A stretch of DNA of 55,259 bases from an uncultured Kiloniellaceae bacterium (lineage in GTDB: Bacteria; Actinomycetota; Acidimicrobiia; Spongiisociales; UBA11373): positions 1-55,259 of the forward strand of contig CAXMOL010000066.1 of the NCBI GenBank assembly GCA_964194935.1. Reading direction: 5' to 3'. The position numbers and the translations under genes are program-made. Shown here one piece after another: positions 44,976 to 53,716 of this stretch (the first letter of the stretch is position 1; each line of letters opens with the position of its first letter). The notes beneath the pieces are model-generated. The model made no database searches, had not been told where the DNA came from, and saw only the letters and a list, made by a program, of their open reading frames with translations.

Positions 44976-46799
44976 ATGCGCCGCGTTATGGCGTATGCCG
45001 TTCCGTACCGCCGACTGCTCCTGCTCGTGTTCTTCACCATTGTCGTAATTACGTTCGTCTCGCTCGTTCCCCCCCTTCTCATGCGGGATCTGATCGATAC
45101 CGCTATTCCGGAAGAGAACCTTGGAAGGGTCACCTGGTTGGGGATCGGGATGGTCGCGGTGCCCATCATCAACGGCGTATTCGGTGTCGTGCAGCGATGG
45201 GCGTCGTCGCGCGCCGGCGAGGGAATCATCTTCGACCTGCGCACCGGTCTCTACGGGCACCTGCAGCGGATGTCACTCGGGTTCTTTACGGCCACCCGAC
45301 CCGGAGAGATGATGTCCCGGCTCAACAACGATGTCGTAGGTGCCCAATCCGCAGTGACCGGCACGCTGGTATCGCTGGTATCGAACTCACTGTCGGCTGT
45401 CGCCACTTTGGCTGTCATGATGAGTCTGGAATGGCGGTTGACGCTTGCTGCGGCCGCCATTCTTCCTCTGTTCATCATTCCCAGTCGCCGGGTCGGCAAG
45501 ATCTTGCGAGGCGTCACTCGCGACCAGATGGATGCGAATGCGCGGATGAACGCCACGATGAACGAGACGTTGAACCTGAGCGGGGCGCTGCTCGTAAAGC
45601 TGTTCGGACGGACCGCCGACGAAGACATCAAGTTTGGCGGGCACGCCAGCGAGGTAAGGGACCTCGGCGTGAGGCGGGCTCTTATCGGTCGCTGGTTCTT
45701 CATGGCACTTGGTGTGGTTAGTGCCTTCGGCACTGCCCTGGTGTTCTGGGTCGGCGCCGTTCTGGTTATAAGGGGATCGCTCACCGTCGGGACGATCGTG
45801 GCGCTGTCGGCCTACCTCGTCGGACTGTATGGCCCCCTGTCGGCGCTATCCAACGCTCGGGTCGAGCTGGCGACTTCTCTGGTCTCGTTTGAACGCGTGT
45901 TCGAGGTGCTCGATCTTCCGCGAGACATCGACGAACCCCTGGAGCCAGCGACGATCGGCGACATCGATGGTCGCGTCACTTTCGATGGAGTCGCATTCGA
46001 CTACGGCCGTGCCGCATCTGCCTCGCTCGATCACGTAAAGCGCTTCTCGTGGCGTTCGGCGAGCGAGCCCAATGTCGAGGCGCCGCAAGAAATCATCGGA
46101 AGAGGTCGGGCTCTCGAAGGTCTCGACTTCGACGTCAAGCCGGGGCGCCTGGTCGCGCTGGTAGGCCCCAGCGGCGCCGGGAAAACCACGGTGACTTATC
46201 TGATCCCCCGGCTCTATGACGTCACTGAAGGTCGAGTGCTCATCGACGGAGTCGACGTACGCGAAATGTCCCTTGACTCGCTGGCGGATGCGATCGGGGT
46301 TGTGACTCAGGAGACTTTCCTTTTCCATGACACGATCGCCGCCAACCTGCGATACGCCCGGCCGGATGCAACCCATGCCGAGATGGTGGCTGCGGCGACT
46401 GCAGCGAACATTCACGATTTCGTGTCCGAGCTTCCCGATGGATATGAGACGTTCGTCGGTGAAAGGGGTTATCGCCTATCAGGAGGAGAAAAACAGCGGG
46501 TGGCGATCGCCCGGGTGATCCTGAAGGATCCCAAGATTCTCGTGCTCGATGAAGCGACTTCCCATCTCGATGCGCGGTCCGAGGCGTTGATCCAGGAGGC
46601 CTTGGAGCGGGTGATGGCGGGCCGGACCTCCTTCGTGATCGCTCATCGACTCTCAACCGTGCTGGCCGCCGATCGAATCTTCGTGCTCGATAGAGGTCGG
46701 CTCGTCGAAGAGGGTCGCCATGGCGATCTGCTGGCCAGCGACGGCCTTTACGCCGACTTGTTCAGAACTCAGTTTGCCGCCGCTCCAGAGGTGAGCTGA
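44976..46799 (+). CDS. ABC exporter, fused permease and ATPase
   Basis: 6-TM domain, GPSGAGKT, LSGGEKQR and LDEAT. The true N-terminus may extend to 44898 (see findings). Confidence 0.93.
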   Translation: MRRVMAYAVPYRRLLLLVFFTIVVITFVSLVPPLLMRDLIDTAIPEENLGRVTWLGIGMVAVPIINGVFGVVQRWASSRAGEGIIFDLRTGLYGHLQRMSLGFFTATRPGEMMSRLNNDVVGAQSAVTGTLVSLVSNSLSAVATLAVMMSLEWRLTLAAAAILPLFIIPSRRVGKILRGVTRDQMDANARMNATMNETLNLSGALLVKLFGRTADEDIKFGGHASEVRDLGVRRALIGRWFFMALGVVSAFGTALVFWVGAVLVIRGSLTVGTIVALSAYLVGLYGPLSALSNARVELATSLVSFERVFEVLDLPRDIDEPLEPATIGDIDGRVTFDGVAFDYGRAASASLDHVKRFSWRSASEPNVEAPQEIIGRGRALEGLDFDVKPGRLVALVGPSGAGKTTVTYLIPRLYDVTEGRVLIDGVDVREMSLDSLADAIGVVTQETFLFHDTIAANLRYARPDATHAEMVAAATAANIHDFVSELPDGYETFVGERGYRLSGGEKQRVAIARVILKDPKILVLDEATSHLDARSEALIQEALERVMAGRTSFVIAHRLSTVLAADRIFVLDRGRLVEEGRHGDLLASDGLYADLFRTQFAAAPEVS

Positions 46800-46832
46800 A
46801 GGCCATCTCATCACCCCGGGTATCGTGACGTC

Positions 46833-48110
46833 GTGCTCCGACTAGTCGTCGCCGTCAGCCTCGGTCGCCTTGCGGGGTTCCTGAGTCGCCTTATCGGGCG
46901 GGGTGGTTCCGCGATTCCCGGCCTGGTGGCGGGCAAGATCGACGGCGGTGTCATCGACAAGCTGGTGGCCTCCATCCCCGGCGGTGTCGTGATCATCACC
47001 GGCACCAACGGAAAGACGACGACCACCAAGATGCTGGTGACCGCGCTCGAGAGGAGCGGAAAGCCAGTACTCACCAATCCGACCGGGTCGAATCTGGAGA
47101 GAGGGGTAGCGACGGTTCTCATCTCGGCATCGCGGCGCGGTCGTATCCGGGGTTACGAGATGGCCGTGTTCGAGATAGATGAGGCCGCTGTGAGCGTGTT
47201 GGCCCCGAGGCTCGATCCTCGCCTGGTAGTCGTCACCAACCTGGCGCGCGATCAACTGGACCGTTATGGCGAGTTGGATGCCACGGCAGCTCACCTCGGC
47301 ATCGCAGTGGACGCAGCCAAACGAGCCGTTCTCAATGCTGACGATCCCGCTGTCGCCGCACTGGACGTCGGTCGCACCGCTTGGTTCGGTGCGGTTGGCG
47401 AGATCCGTCGCACCATGCCTCACGATGGCGTGCTCTACGGCACCGATGGTCCCGACGCTCCCGCAGTCGAGGTGGATGGGTTGCTCGAGGCTGCCGAACC
47501 TGAGGATGATGGCCAGCGGATAACCGTTGCCGTGGCCGATACTCGAGTGGAAATCGCCCTGCGGGTGCCCGGTGCCTACAACGGATACAACGCAACTGCG
47601 GCGCTGTTGGCTGCTGCAGAACTCGGCGTCGATCCGATCGCGGCTGCTGCATCCCTCGAGCAGATGTCTCCAGCCTTTGGTCGGGGTCAGGTGATCATCT
47701 TCAAGGATCGCCGTATCAAACTGCTGCTCGTAAAGAACCCGGCCGGGTTCAATCAAGCCCTGAGGCTTCTGGTCGATGCTCCACATCCGGCCCAGGTGCT
47801 CATCGCCATCAACGACAACCACGCCGATGGTCGCGACGTGTCGTGGCTGTGGGACGTCAGTTTCGAAGATCTGCAACACACCGAGCACAGGATCGGTACC
47901 AGCGGCACCCGCGCCGCCGACATGGCGCTCCGCCTCAAGTATGCCGGGATCGAGAGCTGGTCCGAGCCGGGACTCGGCGAAGCGTTGGCCGAGGTAGTCA
48001 CGCTGTCGGCCGATGGCGAGACGATCTACGTCATTCCTACCTACACCGCCATGTTGTCGCTGCTCGACCTGCTCTTGCCGGGAACGGCGCGATCGGCTGC
48101 CTGGACATGA
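46833..48110 (+). CDS. murT: Lipid II isoglutaminyl synthase subunit MurT
   Basis: GTNGKTTT, RDQLDRYGE, KNPAG and DGRDVSWLWD (DUF1727). Confidence 0.92.
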   Translation: MLRLVVAVSLGRLAGFLSRLIGRGGSAIPGLVAGKIDGGVIDKLVASIPGGVVIITGTNGKTTTTKMLVTALERSGKPVLTNPTGSNLERGVATVLISASRRGRIRGYEMAVFEIDEAAVSVLAPRLDPRLVVVTNLARDQLDRYGELDATAAHLGIAVDAAKRAVLNADDPAVAALDVGRTAWFGAVGEIRRTMPHDGVLYGTDGPDAPAVEVDGLLEAAEPEDDGQRITVAVADTRVEIALRVPGAYNGYNATAALLAAAELGVDPIAAAASLEQMSPAFGRGQVIIFKDRRIKLLLVKNPAGFNQALRLLVDAPHPAQVLIAINDNHADGRDVSWLWDVSFEDLQHTEHRIGTSGTRAADMALRLKYAGIESWSEPGLGEALAEVVTLSADGETIYVIPTYTAMLSLLDLLLPGTARSAAWT

Positions 48111-48820
48111 CCGAAATAGTCATCGCCCACTTGTACCCGCGTCGGATGAACATCTACGGCGATACCGGCAACGTGATCGCTCTCAGTCGGCGACTCGAAT
48201 GGCGGTCGATTCCCTTTCGGGTGGATCTTGTCGAGGTCGGAACTGAATATGACCTGCTCAACGCGGACGTGGTGGTGGCAGGTGGGGGAGAGGACACTTC
48301 ACAGATAAGCGTCGCCCATGATCTGGTCGCCAGAGCGGATAACGTTCATGCCGCAGTCGACTCCGGAGTTGCCTTCCTGGTCGTGTGCGGGACCTATCAA
48401 TTGTTCGGGCGCCGGTTTGTGGCATCGGACGGGTCCGAGCTTCAGGGCATCGGGGTCTTCGACGCCGATACGGTCGGCGGAGATGGTCGGATGATTGGCA
48501 ATGCCGTCGTCGCGACCGAGTTCGGTCGCCTCGTCGGTTTCGAGAACCATGGTGGTCGCACGCTGCTCGACATCGGCCAAGCTCCGCTCGGGCAGGTGGT
48601 CAGGGGCAACGGCAACAATGACTCCACAGGCGAAGAGGGAGCAGTGACCAACAACTGCTTCGGAACCTACCTCCACGGTTCGGTGCTACCGAAGAATCCG
48701 ATATTTGCCGATGAGTTGTTGCGTCGCGGGATGGAGCGGCGCCATGGTGGGGTGTCCTTGCAGCAACTGGATGACACGGCAGAACTTGCGGCGGCGGAGT
48801 CTGCTGCTCTGCGACCGTGA
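48107..48820 (+). CDS. gatD: Glutamine amidotransferase subunit GatD (CobQ-like)
   Basis: MNIYGDTGN, VCGTYQLFG, GFENHGG and TYLHGSVLPKNP. ATGA overlap with murT. Confidence 0.92.
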   Translation: MTEIVIAHLYPRRMNIYGDTGNVIALSRRLEWRSIPFRVDLVEVGTEYDLLNADVVVAGGGEDTSQISVAHDLVARADNVHAAVDSGVAFLVVCGTYQLFGRRFVASDGSELQGIGVFDADTVGGDGRMIGNAVVATEFGRLVGFENHGGRTLLDIGQAPLGQVVRGNGNNDSTGEEGAVTNNCFGTYLHGSVLPKNPIFADELLRRGMERRHGGVSLQQLDDTAELAAAESAALRP

Positions 48821-48830
48821 CTCGGCGGAA

Positions 48831-49202
48831 TCAGGAGGCGATGCGCTCCGCCTCGTCGTCGACGGCCACCGCAAACTCCAAGCCGTCGGGTGACGAACGC
48901 AGTAGATACATCGCATCGATGTTCATGCCGGCGTCGGCGAGCTGGCGGGTCATTGCGGCGACAGATCCGGGGCGGTCCGGGAGGATCGTGACGATCACCC
49001 GGCGCTCTTCGAAGCTCATACCGTGATGCTCGAGCACTCGGCGAGTGGTGGGCTCATCGTCGACGATCAGCCGGGCGGTTCCGGAGGCATCCATCCCGAC
49101 GGCGGCGAGGGCTTCGATGTTGACGCCGGCGTCGGCGAGTCGCTCTGCGAGGTCGGCCAGCGACCCCGGGCGGTTGGCGAGGTGGACGGTGAACTCCGTC
49201 AT
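48831..49202 (-). CDS. Tandem ACT domain protein
   Basis: NRPGSLADLAERLADAGVNI and DRPGSVAAMTRQLADAGMNI. Confidence 0.88.
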   Translation of the reverse strand: MTEFTVHLANRPGSLADLAERLADAGVNIEALAAVGMDASGTARLIVDDEPTTRRVLEHHGMSFEERRVIVTILPDRPGSVAAMTRQLADAGMNIDAMYLLRSSPDGLEFAVAVDDEAERIAS

Positions 49203-49235
49203 GGTCTAACGATACGCCGATCCTGGCGTTGGTGG

Positions 49236-49586
49236 GTGCTCGTTCTTGCACTGATCGGCGGGTGCAGCGGTTCGGACACTGCCGCGGTCGAGCAGTGTGC
49301 TGATGTGGTGGCGGTCACCACGTCTGCGGACGGTGACGGGTCCTTGACGTTCTCCGTAACCATCCGATCGGATGACATCGGATGGGACGGATACGCCGAC
49401 CGATGGGAGGTCGTCGTCGATGGGGTCGTGGTTGGCGAACGAGTGTTGACCCATCCTCACGAAACCGAGCAGCCGTTTACTCGCTCGCAGGCAGGCATCG
49501 TTGTGAGCGTCGACGAAGTCGTGGTTCGAGCGCATCACTCGGTTGGCGGCTTCTGTGGCACCGAGATGGCGTTTGTGATCGACTGA
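49236..49586 (+). CDS. Conserved exported protein, probably a lipoprotein
   Basis: LIGGC lipobox-like, GWDGYADRWEV, RVLTHPHETEQPFTRS and RAHHSVGGFCG. The start is uncertain. Confidence 0.65.
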   Translation: MLVLALIGGCSGSDTAAVEQCADVVAVTTSADGDGSLTFSVTIRSDDIGWDGYADRWEVVVDGVVVGERVLTHPHETEQPFTRSQAGIVVSVDEVVVRAHHSVGGFCGTEMAFVID

Positions 49587-50465
49587 TCAGGTTCGATCGA
49601 GGAAGTCGATGATGGCTGTGGCAACCGCCTGCGGTTCGTCCTCCTGGAGAAAGTGCCCGGCTCCCTGGATCGTCTCCAGTGGCCCGGCGCCGGGGACGGC
49701 TGCGGCGAATCGCTCGCCAACCCGAGTCGAAAAGATTGGGTCCTGGTCCGAGAAGAGAACCAGCACCGGGTTCGACCATCCCGCCAGCGCATCCGACACC
49801 GCCAGCATCTCCGCCGCCCCGGGATCGTCGGCGGTCAGGGGGACGATTAGGGGCATCCGCCATGCTCCGACCTTGTGATCCATCGTCGGGAAGGGTGCGG
49901 CATAACCGGCGAGGACCTCGGTCCCCCAATCGCTGCCGGAGGCGTTACGCATGACGACCTCGATCGGGAGATCCGGGGTCTTTTCAACGAACGAACGCCA
50001 GGCTTCGAACGCCGGCGTGACCCGACCTTGTCCGGTGAAGAGCGCTGTGTTCATGATTACGAGACGACGAAAGCGTTCGGGTCGTTCGACCGCGGTGCGA
50101 AGCCCGATAGGACCACCCCAGTCCTGGACGACGGCCGTGGCATCTCGAAGATCGAGAGAGTCACATAGATCGACCATCGCTGCCACCATCTGGTCGTAGG
50201 TGTAGAAACCGGGGTCGGTGGGTTTGTCTGACCGACCAAATCCGGGGTAATCGGGAGCGATTACCCGGAATCCTGCTTCGACCAATGGCGGAATCACCTT
50301 GCGGTAGAGGAACGACCACGTCGGCTCTCCATGAAACAGCACGACGACGGGGCCGGTTCCCTCGTCCAGGTAGTGGATACGCATCCCTTCCCAGTCCGCA
50401 AAGTGGGGATCGAATGGGTAATCGACCAGGTCGGAGAATCGATCGTCTGGAGTTCGCAGCGTCAC
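49587..50465 (-). CDS. Haloalkane dehalogenase-like alpha/beta hydrolase
   Basis: LRTPDDRF, HGEPTWS, GFGRSDKP, VQDWGG and AGHFLQED. Confidence 0.9.
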   Translation of the reverse strand: MTLRTPDDRFSDLVDYPFDPHFADWEGMRIHYLDEGTGPVVVLFHGEPTWSFLYRKVIPPLVEAGFRVIAPDYPGFGRSDKPTDPGFYTYDQMVAAMVDLCDSLDLRDATAVVQDWGGPIGLRTAVERPERFRRLVIMNTALFTGQGRVTPAFEAWRSFVEKTPDLPIEVVMRNASGSDWGTEVLAGYAAPFPTMDHKVGAWRMPLIVPLTADDPGAAEMLAVSDALAGWSNPVLVLFSDQDPIFSTRVGERFAAAVPGAGPLETIQGAGHFLQEDEPQAVATAIIDFLDRT

Positions 50466-50986
50466 GGGACGTCGATCTCGGCGGTCGGAAGATCCACTTC
50501 GCCGGTGTCATCGCGAATCGCTGCGGGAATGACCAGAACCGCACGTCCGCAGTCACGCATGACGCGCGCAGACACGCTCTCCCAATGTGACTCATCGAAC
50601 AGTTGCTTGGTGGCTCCGAGCACGACCAGCTCGGCGTCCAGTTCTTCTGCGGCATGCATGATGGTGGTTGCTGGATCCTCTCCTTCGAGGAACACGGTCT
50701 CGGCCTCGATGCCACGGTTGCGCAGGGCTGCGAGCACCGGCTCGGTGATCCGCGCTCCACGTTCATCCACGTAGCGGGCGATGACCCGGTCCTCCTCAGT
50801 GGCCCACTCCGAAGTGGTATCGGTGAGAGGGTGCCACTCTTCGGATCTGATCTCGTCGAGGAAGCTGCGTGGGACCTCTATGACGGTCACGACAAAGACA
50901 TTGCTATCCGGTCCGACGAGATGTGCGATGAATTCAGCAACTGGCTCGGGTGTGAGTACACCAGCGGTGGCTATGAGGATGCGCAC
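50462..50986 (-). CDS. Universal stress protein
   Basis: ILIAT N-terminus, G-DPATTI, LVVLGAT and SVSARV. The stop overlaps the dehalogenase start. Confidence 0.8.
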   Translation of the reverse strand: MRILIATAGVLTPEPVAEFIAHLVGPDSNVFVVTVIEVPRSFLDEIRSEEWHPLTDTTSEWATEEDRVIARYVDERGARITEPVLAALRNRGIEAETVFLEGEDPATTIMHAAEELDAELVVLGATKQLFDESHWESVSARVMRDCGRAVLVIPAAIRDDTGEVDLPTAEIDVP

Positions 50987-51048
50987 GACCGAGAGGTTAT
51001 CGGCGATGCCCTGGTTACGCTCCGCGCCCCGACCAAAGGCCAATCAGA

Positions 51049-51558
51049 ATGGACCAGATCGCCGAGACGACCAACAAGATTCTGTGGTCGATTCCGAATG
51101 TCTTGTGCCTGGTCGGTTCGCGATCCGGCGACGAGTGGAACGCGATGACCACGTCGTGGGTGACACAGGTGGCGATGGAGCCATTGCTGGTGGCGATAGG
51201 AGTAGACCGCAAGGCGCTGACCCATCGGCTCATAGAAGAAGGACAAGCGTTCTCGATCAACTTGTGGGATCGCAACGACACCAGGCCGTTCGTAAAATTC
51301 TCCAAGCCGGCCACGAAGGATGGGATGACGCTCAATGAGCGTGCGATTCGTGAGGGTACGACCGGTACTCCCGTCTTCGAGGAGGCGGTCGCCTATCTCG
51401 AGTGTTCGCTCTGGCAGGCAATCGATTGCGGCTCACACACCTTGTATATCGGCGAGATTGTCGAGTGCGGGTTCCAAAACGATGGCGAAGACATGCCGAT
51501 CGCCCGGATGGAGGACACCCGCATGAAATACGGTGGGGTTCCCCGCGGCGGTCACTAG
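51049..51558 (+). CDS. Flavin reductase-like protein
   Basis: NAMTTSWVTQV, PLLVAIGV and CGSHTLYIGEI. Confidence 0.88.
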   Translation: MDQIAETTNKILWSIPNVLCLVGSRSGDEWNAMTTSWVTQVAMEPLLVAIGVDRKALTHRLIEEGQAFSINLWDRNDTRPFVKFSKPATKDGMTLNERAIREGTTGTPVFEEAVAYLECSLWQAIDCGSHTLYIGEIVECGFQNDGEDMPIARMEDTRMKYGGVPRGGH

Positions 51559-51601
51559 GCGAACGGCAATTGGCCCGCTGGGGCGGGTCACCGCCGACTG
51601 G

Positions 51602-52099
51602 CTATCGGGTGAGGCTGCGCAGCGTCCAGTTGGTCTCGGTGCGCTGGGAACGGGTCAAGGGTCGCCCGGGATGGTTCCAGATGGCTTCGGCGATCCGCCC
51701 ACCCGGCACGACGCCGAGTCGGTCCAGGCGACTGGTCGAGCCGGTAATGGATGTCACCAGCATCGGGTAGGCGAACAATCGATCGCCTACCTTGCGACGC
51801 AGATCGTGGGCTGCCTTTGTGGCGCTTTTGACGATCGTCGTGACCCGGACTTCGTTTCTGTAGATCCCGTCGTCGCGAAGGTCTGCAGGGAGTGGATCGG
51901 AGTCGATCGAGATCGTAAAGACGCCGTTGGGGCCCACGACGACATGATCGATTTCGACGTCGTTGAGGACGATGCGATCGATCGTCTCCCATTCAGCCGG
52001 CAACCGATGCAGCCCTGCAGAGTCGCCTGCTTCTGCGGGCGAGGTCGCTAGGGCTAGATCTGATGCCCAGCCGTTTCCAAGGGTGATTGTCTCGGCCAT
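51602..52099 (-). CDS. NERD-like domain protein
   Basis: EIDHVVVGPNGVFTI, typical of the NERD core. Confidence 0.65.
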   Translation of the reverse strand: MAETITLGNGWASDLALATSPAEAGDSAGLHRLPAEWETIDRIVLNDVEIDHVVVGPNGVFTISIDSDPLPADLRDDGIYRNEVRVTTIVKSATKAAHDLRRKVGDRLFAYPMLVTSITGSTSRLDRLGVVPGGRIAEAIWNHPGRPLTRSQRTETNWTLRSLTR

Positions 52100-52108
52100 T
52101 GCCCTTGG

Positions 52109-52135
52109 ATCGGCTCACTTGTGCGACGGCTTGAG
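52109..52135 (-). promoter_or_regulatory. Putative FliA/WhiG-type promoter (CTCAAG-N15-GCCGAT)
   Basis: Minus strand CTCAAG ccgtcgcacaagtga GCCGAT, 9 nt before ATG 52099. Confidence 0.65.
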
Positions 52136-52136
52136 G

Positions 52137-53327
52137 TCACTTGATCGGGTAACCCGGTTGGCCACTTTGGACCCAATCGGCGAATGCTTCGACATTGGGG
52201 ACGTCGTATCCGAGTTGGACGCAGTGGACGTAGCGATGGTGGAGGAAATCGCAGAACGCCTGCACCGGGTCGGCAGTACGCCGGTTGTCCAGGCTCCGGA
52301 TCGAGTTCATCAGGGGCTCGAAGGCCTCGGCTCTCCAATGGATTGCGCTGCTGTCGTCGGGGAGATCCCCTCGGTTTGCCCGGTAGCGGGCGAGGTCGGT
52401 GAGGATTTGCCTGGCTTGCTCCTCGGAGGCTTCGACGCCGGTAAGGCTTCGCAGGCGCCGGGTGTGGAATGTCCGGCCGCCGACGGTTACGCCGATAGTG
52501 AGCCGGTGTCCGCCACCTTCTGGATGCAGTCGCAGATCTTCGATCTCGAAACCGAGTTCGTTGATCCGATGGATCTTGTCGGTGATGCGGAATCGTTCGT
52601 CGATGGCGATTACCTCATCGTGAGTGATTTCCCGCCACAGGTTGCGGTATCGATCTGCGATGTCTTCGCCCAGTGCGAGATCGGCGTGGTCGAGGTCTGC
52701 ATCTCCGGCGGCCGCAATATCAGCCATACCCCCGGCGACGTTGTCGATCATGATCACCAGGTCTGCCTCCCGTTGTCCGCTACTCAACTCGGCAAGCAAC
52801 TCGCTGGTCTCGGCATCGACCATTGTCACCGCGATGCGGTCGGCGTCGTATCGGTAGAGAACATTTGAGAGCGAGCAGTCTCCCCAGTAACAGCCGAGCA
52901 AGTGGAGCTCTACAAGGAGGAGTGCGAACGCGTCGAGCATCTGCTCGCGGCGTTCACCAAATCCTGATCCCGAGAGGACCTCCCGGTACGAAAAGGCGTG
53001 GGGAAGGTATGAGGTGATCACGGCACCAGATTGTTCTTCATCGGGGGCCAGCCAGGGCCGTTCGATGACCCCGATCGGAACGACGGCAGGAGCGTCGAGG
53101 TCTTCGAGTCGCCGCAGGATGTCGTATTCGTGTCGTGCCGCGTCGACCGACAGCTCCTTTATGGCGTAGATACCGGTGTCGTATCCGAAGAACTGAACCT
53201 CGTGGCGGGAGATTCCCTTTGGCAGAAGGAGCCGTCGCGGGTGGCCCCATTCCTTCAAGGGTCGATCCCAGGGAAGATCGAGAAAGTCGGGGTGGCCGCC
53301 GCGAATGCGGAGACTCGGGGTATCCAT
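52137..53327 (-). CDS. DUF4032 domain protein (kinase-like fold)
   Basis: FLDLPWDRPL, GISRHEVQF, YAIKE, WGDCSLSNVL and VDAET. Confidence 0.85.
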   Translation of the reverse strand: MDTPSLRIRGGHPDFLDLPWDRPLKEWGHPRRLLLPKGISRHEVQFFGYDTGIYAIKELSVDAARHEYDILRRLEDLDAPAVVPIGVIERPWLAPDEEQSGAVITSYLPHAFSYREVLSGSGFGERREQMLDAFALLLVELHLLGCYWGDCSLSNVLYRYDADRIAVTMVDAETSELLAELSSGQREADLVIMIDNVAGGMADIAAAGDADLDHADLALGEDIADRYRNLWREITHDEVIAIDERFRITDKIHRINELGFEIEDLRLHPEGGGHRLTIGVTVGGRTFHTRRLRSLTGVEASEEQARQILTDLARYRANRGDLPDDSSAIHWRAEAFEPLMNSIRSLDNRRTADPVQAFCDFLHHRYVHCVQLGYDVPNVEAFADWVQSGQPGYPIK

Positions 53328-53416
53328 GGACTCCATTGTGGTGGAAGCTGGATCGGCGAGGTATTCGGGCATGCGGTGCGGATGGGCAGTCGAGACAGCA
53401 GCGGTACTCTCAGCAG

Positions 53417-53716
53417 ATGGACGTGCCCCTTCGCATCGAAGCCGAGGAATCGTCTCTCACGGTGTCGTGGGATGACGGACCGCCGCACGTCATCTCGGCG
53501 GAGACTTTGCGAGAGGCGTGCCCGTGTGCGGCTTGTCGCGAACCTGAGGGGGCCGAACGCATCGCAAGGCTGCTCGGTGGTCTGCTTGCCGTGACGATCG
53601 GAGACGTGTCGATCGTTGGTGATTACGCCCTTTCGATCGGGTTCGGGCCCGATGGCCATGCCACGGGGATCTTTCCGTATCCATTGTTGAGATCACTCGG
53701 AGTGCCGGCAGCGTGA
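53417..53716 (+). CDS. DUF971 (GBBH-like N-terminal) Zn/Fe-binding protein
   Basis: SWDDG, LREACPCAAC, VGDYAL and DGHATGIF. Confidence 0.88.
   Translation: MDVPLRIEAEESSLTVSWDDGPPHVISAETLREACPCAACREPEGAERIARLLGGLLAVTIGDVSIVGDYALSIGFGPDGHATGIFPYPLLRSLGVPAA

Noticed and set aside
47843-48820. GatD-like gene as cobyric acid synthase CobQ
   Set aside because: It is a GATase domain only, coupled to murT, with no cobalamin genes nearby.
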